In this document: piece after piece, positions 20,104 to 29,304 of the stretch | Position numbering within the stretch: the stretch's first letter is position 1 | How the letters are laid out: each line of letters begins with the position of its first letter | Notes under the pieces: generated by a model | Told to the model about the DNA's origin: nothing | Database searches by the model: none | Seen by the model: only the letters and a program-made list of their open reading frames with translations | Position numbers and translations under genes: made by a program | IMG/VR virus record: IMGVR_UViG_3300047409_000726 | Span: 1 to 64,000 of that record | DNA length: 64,000 bases | Direction: 5' to 3' (one strand) | DNA from: a virus

Positions 20104-22487
20104 GGTGTTTTTATTCGTGCGACGAACCACGGAGTGCCTCCGCCTTGTTTCGGTCGGTGGTCGAACATGCGGCCTCCGACGTTTTGTTTTTTGTGTTTTT
20201 TAAGTTTCGCGCCGACTTCTCTCGCTGTGAGTTTTTCGGGTGCGCATTCACAGAGTTCGGCGAGGGCTGTCTTGAGTTCTAGGTGTGCGAACGCCGTTGC
20301 ACCTATTTCGTTCAGAAGATCCGAAACAAGTGTGGGCTTGCCGAGTTTCTCCCACGCAACAAGAACTTTTTCGAGAACACTAACTTCAGAGTCTCCAGAT
20401 TCCACGAGCTCAGCACGACCGACGTAGGGATCGGGCATGTCTGACCACACGAGCGCGCCGCGGATGATACGGCTCCAGTTTTCGAAGCTTCCCCACGATG
20501 AAAGTTTTTGGTCGGGACATCCGGCGGCGAAGTAGGCGCGCAAGATGGTGAGCACGGCGACGACGAGCGTCGGACGAACTTTGTTTACATGAGGTAAGAG
20601 TGGGTAGTACTTGAAGCCGCCCCGATCTTCGGGATGTTCCATAAAGGACTCGAGCCGGACGTGAAGGGCGCGTCGGATGAGCTCGGTCGACAAGGTGAGG
20701 TTCTTCGCCGTGATGAGCCAGAGCGCTCGCATTGGCATCGGGATCATCTCAGAGACCCCGAGCTTGCGTTCAGAAATAGTGCCGCTCGTGATCGTTGACG
20801 CAAGCACGGCAGAGTTGAGAGAGCCTTCTAGGTTATCAAGCAGTACGACAGAGTCACCGGAGATTGCGAGCGCGAGGATTCGTTTTCTCATTTCTGTTTC
20901 GTCGGCTAGCGCTATTTTTGGGAGTCCTCTGCCTGAGCAGACTGTACCGATGATGTCAGCGAGCATTCCTGCGCCGGCTCCGTTCACGTTCTTGTCGAGA
21001 AGTCCGAACGGAATTGGGCCATCGATTGCAGGACGAGCGAACGGCGTGAGAAGGAGAGCTAACCACGCGGAAACGTGTTCGTCTGTTTGCCAAGGAAACT
21101 CGTCGATGACGTCCAGGAGTGTAAGAATTGAGCTTCGTGCGTCGTCAATGGTTGGTTCGGTAGGAACGGGTGGGTAGTCCGCGTTCGGTTCGTAGAAAAT
21201 GCCCGTCATCCGATCGTAGCCGGGTGTGTCGAGTATCGTGCCGTCTGGACGAAACACCGGGGACTCTGCAACGGTTTCGAGATAACGAACCCCGGGCCAT
21301 TCTCCGCGTTTGTGAAGTTCGTTGACAGGATCGTCCGGGACGCTGCATTGAACGAGTTTCGGGATGCCGTCGCTTCCGGTCTTCCAACGTTGGAACAGGC
21401 AGACATGCGAAGCAAGTGCGCGGGTTCGTTCTTTTGGTATTGCAGAGATTCGTGGCGATTCGGGTTCGCGCACGATGTCGTCTTCTTTGGTTTTAACGTC
21501 GTCGCGGAGGATCTGTACGAGCTTCCATCCGCGTTTGAAAACGTTCGGTAGTTTTGCGATTGGCGAGAGCATTTGATCGGCGATTTCGAGTTCGTCGAAG
21601 CCGATGGTGATGGCTATTTTTTCTGTGTCGGTAGGAAGAGAAGGTTGAACGGGTGCGAGCCATTTCCTTATCTTTTTTACGAGCTTTTCTCCACCAACGC
21701 CGCCTCCGAGTGGCCGGTCTTTAATCAGGTCTTTTACTTTCCCCCATCTCGTGACGTTTTCGCCCGCGTCCATTTTTTCTTTCGTGCCGGTGACGCTCGC
21801 GCTGCGCGCTTTTGGGTTGTCCGAGCCTCCGGCCCAGGCGACGAGGTAGACGAAGAGCTCGGCATGCTCCGGTGTCCAACCTTCTTGAAGAAGGCCACCG
21901 CCAAGTGCGAGACAAAAATCGTGACGACCTTTTGCTGGAAAATATCTTGCGAGAAGACACGCCGCTGCGAGTTTTTTGACGGCTTCTTCAAGCTTCTTGG
22001 CGTCGACGACCGGAATTTTCGTTACGTCGCAACCGTCTTCGAAGTCGATGAACTCGCCCGAGACGTGGTGGCTTCCTGGAAACACCGTCTGTACGCCGCC
22101 CGTGCGCAGCTCGACGATCGTGCCGCCGTTGGGATCTTCGAACTTTTGGTGTTTCGGAACGTTCGAGAAGTAGAGCCAATGTGATGCGCGCTTCGATGCA
22201 CGGCCGAACCTGCCCGACGTCGCAGGTAAGAAGTACGGTGCAAGTGCGAGCGCTTCGGGGCAATCGATGTCGATGTCGACTAGACCCTTGGACGCTTCGC
22301 CGAGAATGATGCCTATGTTTTGCGGGATGCCGTTGAAGTACTGCGGCGCGGTCTCGTGAGTGATCCGCAGGTTTGTCCAGTCCGGGAGTGTCGGCCCTTT
22401 CTCACGGTATGGGATGGGCACCGGCTGCCATCCCAGATTTATGTATTCGATCGCTAGATCGAAAACCGTGAAGGGTGATGACGACAC
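20100..22487 (-). CDS. Bifunctional prim-pol primase fused to a helicase-like domain
   Basis: NIGI.LG..LVDIDID, SHW.Y, QTVFPGS.H; C-terminal degenerate P-loop (NGAGAG), LLDN, ELIRR. Confidence 0.85.
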   Translation of the reverse strand: MSSSPFTVFDLAIEYINLGWQPVPIPYREKGPTLPDWTNLRITHETAPQYFNGIPQNIGIILGEASKGLVDIDIDCPEALALAPYFLPATSGRFGRASKRASHWLYFSNVPKHQKFEDPNGGTIVELRTGGVQTVFPGSHHVSGEFIDFEDGCDVTKIPVVDAKKLEEAVKKLAAACLLARYFPAKGRHDFCLALGGGLLQEGWTPEHAELFVYLVAWAGGSDNPKARSASVTGTKEKMDAGENVTRWGKVKDLIKDRPLGGGVGGEKLVKKIRKWLAPVQPSLPTDTEKIAITIGFDELEIADQMLSPIAKLPNVFKRGWKLVQILRDDVKTKEDDIVREPESPRISAIPKERTRALASHVCLFQRWKTGSDGIPKLVQCSVPDDPVNELHKRGEWPGVRYLETVAESPVFRPDGTILDTPGYDRMTGIFYEPNADYPPVPTEPTIDDARSSILTLLDVIDEFPWQTDEHVSAWLALLLTPFARPAIDGPIPFGLLDKNVNGAGAGMLADIIGTVCSGRGLPKIALADETEMRKRILALAISGDSVVLLDNLEGSLNSAVLASTITSGTISERKLGVSEMIPMPMRALWLITAKNLTLSTELIRRALHVRLESFMEHPEDRGGFKYYPLLPHVNKVRPTLVVAVLTILRAYFAAGCPDQKLSSWGSFENWSRIIRGALVWSDMPDPYVGRAELVESGDSEVSVLEKVLVAWEKLGKPTLVSDLLNEIGATAFAHLELKTALAELCECAPEKLTAREVGAKLKKHKKQNVGGRMFDHRPKQGGGTPWFVARIKTP

Positions 22488-22675
22488 GCGAGGGCAGTCC
22501 TCCTACGGGGGCAAGTTCCCCCCGGCCGTCATTTACCGCGCGAGGTACCAGCGACAGGTTCACGACGGACGAGGGATTCATGGAGGTACACGAGAAAAGA
22601 AACCGAGTCCAGATATTCTCAGGCTCTAGAGAAAAAACTTGACGACCTGGTCGGGGTAACGGATAACGCAGAGGA

Positions 22676-24127
22676 ATGGGTGCGCTCTTCGTTTCGGCGT
22701 CGGAGATTGAAGTTTGGGATTTGTGTCCGAGGAAATGGGCGTTTGGTTACATCGAAGGCCGGCGCTTGCCTCCGAACGAGTCCGCGGCTTTGGGCACTCG
22801 AGTTCACGCGATTCTCGAGAAGTGGCTCAAGGAAGGTGCGGCTCCCGACCTGCTAACGAACGAAGGTGAGATCGCTGCTTCTGGTTTGCATTTTCTTCCA
22901 CCGCCTCGGACGCCGACGCTCGTCACCGAGGAGAAATTTTCGTTCACGAGCCAGCGTGCTTGGTATACGGGTTTTAAGGATTTTCGATACCGCGACGCTA
23001 ATGGTTTGCTCCACGTGGGGGATCACAAGACAACCAAGGCGTTCACTTGGGCCAAGACATTGGACGAGATTCTTTGCCACCCGCAGGCGCTTGTTTACGC
23101 AGTCGACGAGTTTTTCCGAAACCCGAACGACGATCGCCTTGCCCTCGATTGGATCTATTACAAAACGACGGGTTCGCGGAAAGCAGAGCTTCGTTCTCAG
23201 ATCGTGACCAAAGATGTGGTTGCCGAGATGTTTTTCGAGCACGTGGATCCGGTTGCGGGGCACATCACGCAAATGCACGATGCGCCGCCCGGCACGTCCG
23301 CGCTCGAGTTCCCTCCCGACTTCCGAGCGTGCGATGCGTTCGGAGGCTGCGCATTTTTGAGTATTTGTAACCCGACCCCAACACAGAGAGTTCAAGCAAC
23401 CATGACCCAGGCAGGAATGTCCCTCACCGACAAGCTCAAGGCGATGAAGGCGGGCCGAGCGCCGAGCCCAATCCACCCTCCGGAGGCGTACCAGGCGCCC
23501 GCAGGGCCCGCGGCGGCGCCGCAGATGCCCCAAGTGCCGGCGATGCCACCTCAGATGCAGTTCGCCCTTCCGACGCCTCAGGGCGCGCCTGTGGCGCCGC
23601 AGGCGCAGCAACAGTTCTATCCTCCTGTCGAGGGCCAGGCAGCGCCCTTAGCGCTTCAGCCCGTGTCAGGGCCAGGGATGGCTCCTCAGGTACCTTTCCA
23701 ACCTGTTGCCGCGCCCCAGCCCCCGCCCGCACCGGCGGCGACGCCCGAGCCCCCGGCGACGCCGGCCGCTCCCAAGAAGCGCGGACGCCCGAAAGGGTCG
23801 ACGGCCGAGGCCGCACAGAATGAGGGCGGCTTTACCCTCTACGTCGGCTGCGCGCCGATCGGCAGTCACGTGACGAACGCTCTCGAGTACGTGAACGCCG
23901 CGCACGATCAACTGAGAGCGGCTCGTGGTGTCACCCACTACCGGGAAATGGAGTACGGCAAAGGTCCGAGCGAGCTCTGCGCGGCGCTCGAGGCGCTCCT
24001 CGCGCTCTGTGAAGGGACCCCGAACGCGCCCGCGGGCGACGTCGTGCTCGGCGGCGCGCAGATCGAGGAAGACACGGCGTCGGTTTGGTTCTCAAAGGCG
24101 GCGAAGATCGTGAGGGCGTTTCGGTGA
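22676..24127 (+). CDS. PD-(D/E)XK RecB/Cas4-like exonuclease with Pro/Gln-rich linker
   Basis: SAS.I..CPRKW, GT.VH..LE, GFKD..DHKT, Q..VY, C...GGC.F...C. Confidence 0.8.
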   Translation: MGALFVSASEIEVWDLCPRKWAFGYIEGRRLPPNESAALGTRVHAILEKWLKEGAAPDLLTNEGEIAASGLHFLPPPRTPTLVTEEKFSFTSQRAWYTGFKDFRYRDANGLLHVGDHKTTKAFTWAKTLDEILCHPQALVYAVDEFFRNPNDDRLALDWIYYKTTGSRKAELRSQIVTKDVVAEMFFEHVDPVAGHITQMHDAPPGTSALEFPPDFRACDAFGGCAFLSICNPTPTQRVQATMTQAGMSLTDKLKAMKAGRAPSPIHPPEAYQAPAGPAAAPQMPQVPAMPPQMQFALPTPQGAPVAPQAQQQFYPPVEGQAAPLALQPVSGPGMAPQVPFQPVAAPQPPPAPAATPEPPATPAAPKKRGRPKGSTAEAAQNEGGFTLYVGCAPIGSHVTNALEYVNAAHDQLRAARGVTHYREMEYGKGPSELCAALEALLALCEGTPNAPAGDVVLGGAQIEEDTASVWFSKAAKIVRAFR

Positions 24128-24293
24128 TAGTCGGTCCCGCACCGCCATCGCAAGCGGAGATTCGTTTCGAACGCGATACAACTCTCGTAGATTTTCAGTT
24201 TTTCGTGCAAGCAATCACAAGAGGCGATTTCAAATTTGCGCTCGAGTGTTTTGTCGCTCGTTTGGAATACCCACCACGCGATTTAAATTGAAA

Positions 24294-26603
24294 ATGCCCG
24301 ACTTTAAAGAAGCAGAACCGTCGCACGTCTCTCCGCCCGTCGTCGTGTCGGCCATCGACCAGTTACGGTCTTATCAGAAGCGCGATTACCGTGACGTGCT
24401 TGCGCGTTGTGAGGCGGTGCGTCGTGTCTTGTACGTTGCGTTCATGGGTTCCGGTAAGACAGTGCTCGCGGCGGCGTTGATTCGCACGTGGGTTGCTCGT
24501 GGCGAACACATTCTCATCTTGACGCACACGCGAGAGATTCTTCGACAGACGCACGACAAGTTGTTGAGCGCCGGCATTCCGGAAGAACAGATCGGGTGGA
24601 TCTGGCGAGATCACGTCCGAACGAATTCGAAGGCGTTGATTCAGCTCGCGAGCCTCGACACTCTCGTGCGACGAGATTTTCCGAAAGGGATCACACGCAT
24701 CGTCATCGACGAGGCCCATCACGCAACCGCGCAAAAGTGGCGCGGCGTGCTCGATGCTTACCCGGAAGCTCGTGTGCTCGGGCTCACAGGAACGCCGGTG
24801 CGTTTGGACGGGCAACCGCTTGGCGCCGTGTTCGAAGAGATGATCGAAAGCGAGCCGGTTGAAAGTTTGATCGAACAAGGTTGGATCGCACGTCCTTCGT
24901 ATTGGACGCCGATGTGGAATGTCGAACTACCGCGCCGTTCCGGACAAGACTTCGGTGATCTTGTTGCTGCGGAGATGATACCGCATGCGAGAGTGCTCGA
25001 GAGCATGGTCGCGGAGTATTCGAAGCACGCCGCCGGGTTGCCGGCACTTGGCTTCGCCGCCACTCGCGAAAAGGCCGAGCAGTACGCAGCACACTTCACT
25101 GCGTCCGGCATTCCGGCTGATACCCTCTTCGGTTCGGACACGGATCTTAAACGACAAGGGACGTTGGCGCGTCTCCGTAAAAGAGCGCTTCGTGTGCTCT
25201 GGACATGCAACGTGTTAGGCGAAGGTTGGGATTACCCTGGACTTCGTTGCGTGATGCTCGCGCGCCCGACGTTGTCGATCGCGCGGTACCTTCAACAAGT
25301 TGCGCGATGCATGCGTCCTGGGGATCCGCCTGTGGTGCTCGACTTGTGGGGGGCATGGAATGTTTTCAGCCCGCCTTGGTCCGATTTCGGATGGAGCTTA
25401 GAGGCAAAAGCGCGCAGAAGATTGTATAAAGGCGAGCGTAGTACCGACGGCGAGGTGACGTGGCTACCTCCTGTTGAGGTCGAAGGGCAACTTGTGCGTG
25501 CGGATACGTTGGTGCAGACACCGTGTTCGGTGTGTGGTGCGCCAGCAACTCGTGCGAGCGCGGCAAATGCGGCGATTGGAAAAAATAAACCGTACTGTGC
25601 GGCGCACGCTAGAGGTTTGAATTACGGTCTTCCGCCGCTCCCGTGTGCGATTTGTGGTGAGCCGGCAACTAAAATGAGTTCACAGAATGCGCGAGCTAAG
25701 GGCGGCGCACGGAAGCCTTACTGCGAGAAACACAAAGGCGGTCTTCTTACGAAAATTACGCGGCTTCCGTGTGCGGTCTGTGGTGCGCCCGCAACTCTTA
25801 ACAGCACAAAGATGTCTCTCAACAGAGGCGACAAGCCGTACTGCGTGCAGCACAAAGGAGGGCCTTCCGCAAAACTTCCACTGCTCCCGTGCACGATCTG
25901 TGGCGCGCCTGCGATTAAGAGTAGTTCACAGAATGCGCGGCTGCGCGGGCAAAAGCCATATTGCGAGAAACACAAAGGCGGCCCCTCCGCAAAACTCCCG
26001 CCGCTCCCGTGTGGGATCTGTGGGAAACCGACATCGCGCATCGCTTCGTTGAGCGCTCGGTCTCGTGGTGGAAAGGCGTATTGTAAAGAGCACCGTTACG
26101 GCGGCCGCAAAACTTCCCAAAACTTCCCGTTACTTCCGTGTGCGATCTGCGGGAAGCCGGCTACTAAGATGAGTTCGGAAACTGCGCGACTTCAAGGGCA
26201 CAGACCGTATTGTAGCGACCACAAGGCAGGCTCACATCCGTTACTTACTTGTGCTATTTGTGGGAAACCAGCTAGTAAAGGCAGCTCTAACAGCGCACGA
26301 TACAGAGGGGGCGGTGCGAAAGCGTATTGTAAAGAGCACAGGAAAGGGCCCGTAGCGCCTAAGCCGTTACTTCCTTGCGCGATCTGCGGAGAGCCAGCGA
26401 CCAAAAGCAGTTCGTTGCAAGCAGGCTACGAAGGGCGCAAGTCGTATTGTGAGAAACACAAAGGAGGAGGCCACAAACCCCCGTTACTTCCTTGCGCGAT
26501 CTGTGGGGCGGTGACGAACAGCCGGAATTCGACAGCCGCGCGTTACAGAGGCGGCAAAGCATATTGCGTGAAGCACAAGTACGGACGGAACGCGGATGCC
26601 TGA
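24294..26603 (+). CDS. SF2 DEAH helicase with nine C-terminal C3H zinc-finger repeats
   Basis: LR.YQ, GSGKT, IDEAHH, GLTGTP, EGWD.P, Q.VAR..R; 9x CxxCG-x17-19-YCxxH. Confidence 0.85.
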   Translation: MPDFKEAEPSHVSPPVVVSAIDQLRSYQKRDYRDVLARCEAVRRVLYVAFMGSGKTVLAAALIRTWVARGEHILILTHTREILRQTHDKLLSAGIPEEQIGWIWRDHVRTNSKALIQLASLDTLVRRDFPKGITRIVIDEAHHATAQKWRGVLDAYPEARVLGLTGTPVRLDGQPLGAVFEEMIESEPVESLIEQGWIARPSYWTPMWNVELPRRSGQDFGDLVAAEMIPHARVLESMVAEYSKHAAGLPALGFAATREKAEQYAAHFTASGIPADTLFGSDTDLKRQGTLARLRKRALRVLWTCNVLGEGWDYPGLRCVMLARPTLSIARYLQQVARCMRPGDPPVVLDLWGAWNVFSPPWSDFGWSLEAKARRRLYKGERSTDGEVTWLPPVEVEGQLVRADTLVQTPCSVCGAPATRASAANAAIGKNKPYCAAHARGLNYGLPPLPCAICGEPATKMSSQNARAKGGARKPYCEKHKGGLLTKITRLPCAVCGAPATLNSTKMSLNRGDKPYCVQHKGGPSAKLPLLPCTICGAPAIKSSSQNARLRGQKPYCEKHKGGPSAKLPPLPCGICGKPTSRIASLSARSRGGKAYCKEHRYGGRKTSQNFPLLPCAICGKPATKMSSETARLQGHRPYCSDHKAGSHPLLTCAICGKPASKGSSNSARYRGGGAKAYCKEHRKGPVAPKPLLPCAICGEPATKSSSLQAGYEGRKSYCEKHKGGGHKPPLLPCAICGAVTNSRNSTAARYRGGKAYCVKHKYGRNADA

Positions 26604-28377
26604 TCCCATCGACCTCTCCAACATCTTCGCTGCCGTTGCCGAAGCAACCAACGGCGCGCGGCGAGGTACGGCTCTCGGTAAGATTCGAGAAGCTGAAGGC
26701 GTAAGACACACGCCCGAGCTCGATAGGATCATCATGATCCCACGGCGTGTGCCCCTCACGCCCGACGAGGAAGCCGAACAGATCGATCTGCTCACGAATC
26801 ATCTCCGCACGCCGGGCGGGACGATGCGGCTCCGCCCGGTGCAGTCCCAAGCTCTCTACGAGATGCACGACTACGGTGGCCTCTTCGGGCCCATCCGAGT
26901 CTCCGGCGGCAAGACGCTCATCTCCCTCCTCGCGCCGCTCGTGCTCGAGGCGCAGCGGCCGATGCTCATCGTCCCCGCTGCCTTGATCGAAAAGACACGC
27001 ACCGAAGCCAGCAAGCTTGCTCAGCACTGGAAGCTCCCGCCGTTCCTTCACATCGTGAGCTACCAAGCGCTTGGCCGTGTCTCTGGTGCGGAGACGCTCG
27101 AGAAGGCAAACCCTGACCTCATCATCTGCGACGAGGCGCACAAGCTCAAGAACAAGCGCGCTGCCGTCACGAAGCGTGTCGCCAGGTATATGCACGACCA
27201 CCCCGAGACGCGCATGGTCATATTGACCGGCACGATCTCGAAGCGTTCGCTTCATGACTTCTCGCACCTTTTGCTCTGGTCTTTGAAGCTCCGAACACCA
27301 CTTCCGCGGCACTGGACCGAGCTCGAGGCGTGGGCGCTTGCGCTCGACGAGCGACCGAATTCAGTTGTGCCGCCGCTCTACCCGGGGGCGATTTTGAAGC
27401 TTGCGACCGAGGAAGACACTGGTGGCGCGACAGAGCGGGCGCGCAAAGCAGTGCGACGTCGGATCAATGGCACGCCCGGTGTCGTGACGGCTTCCGGTCC
27501 GGGTTGTGACGTGAGTCTTCGGGTGCAAGGGCACATCGTCGAGACGTTGGAAGTGACCGAGGAAGCGTTTGACCGACTTCGTTCGAAATGGGAAACGCCC
27601 GATGGTTGGCCGCTCTCTGACGGGTTTGCGATTTGGCGACACGCACGCGAGCTCGCTTTAGGGTTTTATTATCGATGGGAAGTTCGACCGCCCGACGAAT
27701 GGCTCGAGGCGCGGAAAGCCTGGTCGGCGTTTTGTCGGAAAGTTCTTGGAAGTAATCAACGCCGGCTCGATTCCGAGATGCAGGTTGCGCTCGCGTGCAA
27801 GGATCATCCTGAATGGTACGGTGACCAAGAGTACAAGGCGTGGGTCGCGATTCGTGACACGTTCAAACCGAAGACCGTTGCGGTGCCGTTCGACGACTCG
27901 GTTCTGGAGTACTGCCAAGAGTGGTCCAAGCACGGCGGACTCATCTGGTGCGAGCACATTGATTTTGCGAACCGGCTCTCGTCCATGACGGGCATTCCGT
28001 ACTTCGCTGGTGAAGGTCTCGATGCGCACGGAAATTCGATCGAGACCTACGACGGTACGACGGCGATTCTTTCGATCGAGGCGAATCGAGAGGGTCGGAA
28101 CCTTCAACGGTTTTCGAGAAATCTCGTGAGTTCGGTACCGCAGCAGGGCGACCGAATGCAGCAGCTCCTCGCGCGTACGCATCGTGACGGGCAAGAAGCC
28201 GATGAAGTGATCTGCGACATCGTAGTCTCGTGCGCCGAGCACGTTGAGGCGATGCACATCATGCAGAGCGACGCGCGCTACCAAGAGGACATCACCGGAG
28301 ATCATCAGAAACTTTTGCTCGCGGACATCGTCGTGCCGAACACGATGCACTTGAAAGGAGCGGTTTGGAACAGATGA
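26596..28377 (+). CDS. SF2 (SNF2-like) helicase
   Basis: SGGKT, CDEAH, LTGT, EGRNLQ, QLLARTHR.GQ. Confidence 0.85.
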   Translation: MPDPIDLSNIFAAVAEATNGARRGTALGKIREAEGVRHTPELDRIIMIPRRVPLTPDEEAEQIDLLTNHLRTPGGTMRLRPVQSQALYEMHDYGGLFGPIRVSGGKTLISLLAPLVLEAQRPMLIVPAALIEKTRTEASKLAQHWKLPPFLHIVSYQALGRVSGAETLEKANPDLIICDEAHKLKNKRAAVTKRVARYMHDHPETRMVILTGTISKRSLHDFSHLLLWSLKLRTPLPRHWTELEAWALALDERPNSVVPPLYPGAILKLATEEDTGGATERARKAVRRRINGTPGVVTASGPGCDVSLRVQGHIVETLEVTEEAFDRLRSKWETPDGWPLSDGFAIWRHARELALGFYYRWEVRPPDEWLEARKAWSAFCRKVLGSNQRRLDSEMQVALACKDHPEWYGDQEYKAWVAIRDTFKPKTVAVPFDDSVLEYCQEWSKHGGLIWCEHIDFANRLSSMTGIPYFAGEGLDAHGNSIETYDGTTAILSIEANREGRNLQRFSRNLVSSVPQQGDRMQQLLARTHRDGQEADEVICDIVVSCAEHVEAMHIMQSDARYQEDITGDHQKLLLADIVVPNTMHLKGAVWNR

Positions 28378-28392
28378 AGGAAAACTGATCGT

Positions 28393-28452
28393 GAGCTAGG
28401 CACGAACGGGGCGACACCTCTCAGGAGGCATCTGACGTTTCGTGCCTAGCTC
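28393..28452 (+). promoter_or_regulatory. Intergenic stem-loop with a 14-bp perfect stem
   Basis: GAGCTAGGCACGAA (28393-28406) pairs with TTCGTGCCTAGCTC (28439-28452); inner CCTC/GAGG hairpin. Confidence 0.6.
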
Positions 28453-28491
28453 GCGGGAATTTTTCCCGTCTACGAAAAGGAATATCAAAAC

Positions 28492-29253
28492 ATGCCCCCC
28501 ATCGATTGGTCCCAAATTGGAGCTGCGCCGATTTTCGAACGTGGAAACTACTTCAACCCAGGAAGGTACAAGCTCCGCTTGCTTCGGTGCCTGAGCAAGC
28601 AGACGCAAAAAGTTGGAGTGGCGTTCATCGCCGAATTCGAAGTCTTGGAGAGCGACAACCCCGCGCACCAGATCGGGAGCAAGGGGACGTACTTCGTCAA
28701 GATGGCTCAACAGCAGCAAGCGTTTTCCAACATCCTCGAGATGATGGCGGCGCTTCTCGGATTCGATATCACGAACAAAGAACACGTTACGCAAATCGAT
28801 CAGCAACTGAGGCCCCAGCTTGCGGGGCTCATGACGGCGCTCGAGACGCAGGGCACGGCCGTGCTCGGCGGACGCGAGACGATTTCCGTCGAGTGTCGGA
28901 TCACGCTGACCAAACAGCAGAGGGAGTTCACGCTTCACGTGTGGACGCCGTGGACACCTCCGCCAGGTTGGCAGCCTGTTCCGACGCCGGCACAGGCGCA
29001 GATGCCTCAGAGGTCAGCGGCGCAACCCGTCGCTCAGCCTCAGGGGTATCCGGCTGCGTACGCCCCACCGGCGTTTGCGCAGCCCGCGCTGGCGCAACAG
29101 GCGCCTCAGCAACCGCCGGGGTTCGCTCCGGCACCGATGCAGGCGCCTCAGCAACAGGCGTTTGCTCCGGCACCTCAGCAGATGCAAGCCCCCTACGGAC
29201 AACCCGCCATGCCCCCGGCTGGCGCGTTGCCTCCGTGGATGACTCCTCGGTGA
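28492..29253 (+). CDS. Putative ssDNA-binding protein with Pro/Gln/Ala tail
   Basis: PG.Y beta-rich N-terminal domain; sits between helicase and DNA polymerase. Confidence 0.5.
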   Translation: MPPIDWSQIGAAPIFERGNYFNPGRYKLRLLRCLSKQTQKVGVAFIAEFEVLESDNPAHQIGSKGTYFVKMAQQQQAFSNILEMMAALLGFDITNKEHVTQIDQQLRPQLAGLMTALETQGTAVLGGRETISVECRITLTKQQREFTLHVWTPWTPPPGWQPVPTPAQAQMPQRSAAQPVAQPQGYPAAYAPPAFAQPALAQQAPQQPPGFAPAPMQAPQQQAFAPAPQQMQAPYGQPAMPPAGALPPWMTPR

Positions 29254-29264
29254 AGTGAAAGAGA

Positions 29265-29302
29265 GCCCCGCTCCGGTGCCCGGCCGGAGCGGGGCGAGTT
29301 TT
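29265..29302 (+). terminator. GC-rich hairpin, terminator-like
   Basis: GCCCCGCTCCGG/CCGGAGCGGGGC 12-bp stem followed by GAGTTTT. Confidence 0.55.
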
Positions 29303-29304
29303 CG

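Noticed and set aside
22495-22535. Possible self-target of tract D (tac ggg ggc aag ttc ccc ccg)
   Set aside because: Only about five dinucleotides match under the NNx model and the flanks do not; compatible with chance.
22676-24127. Cas4 as part of a CRISPR adaptation module
   Set aside because: It sits in a replication operon with helicases, SSB and PolA; an ordinary phage exonuclease is the simpler explanation.
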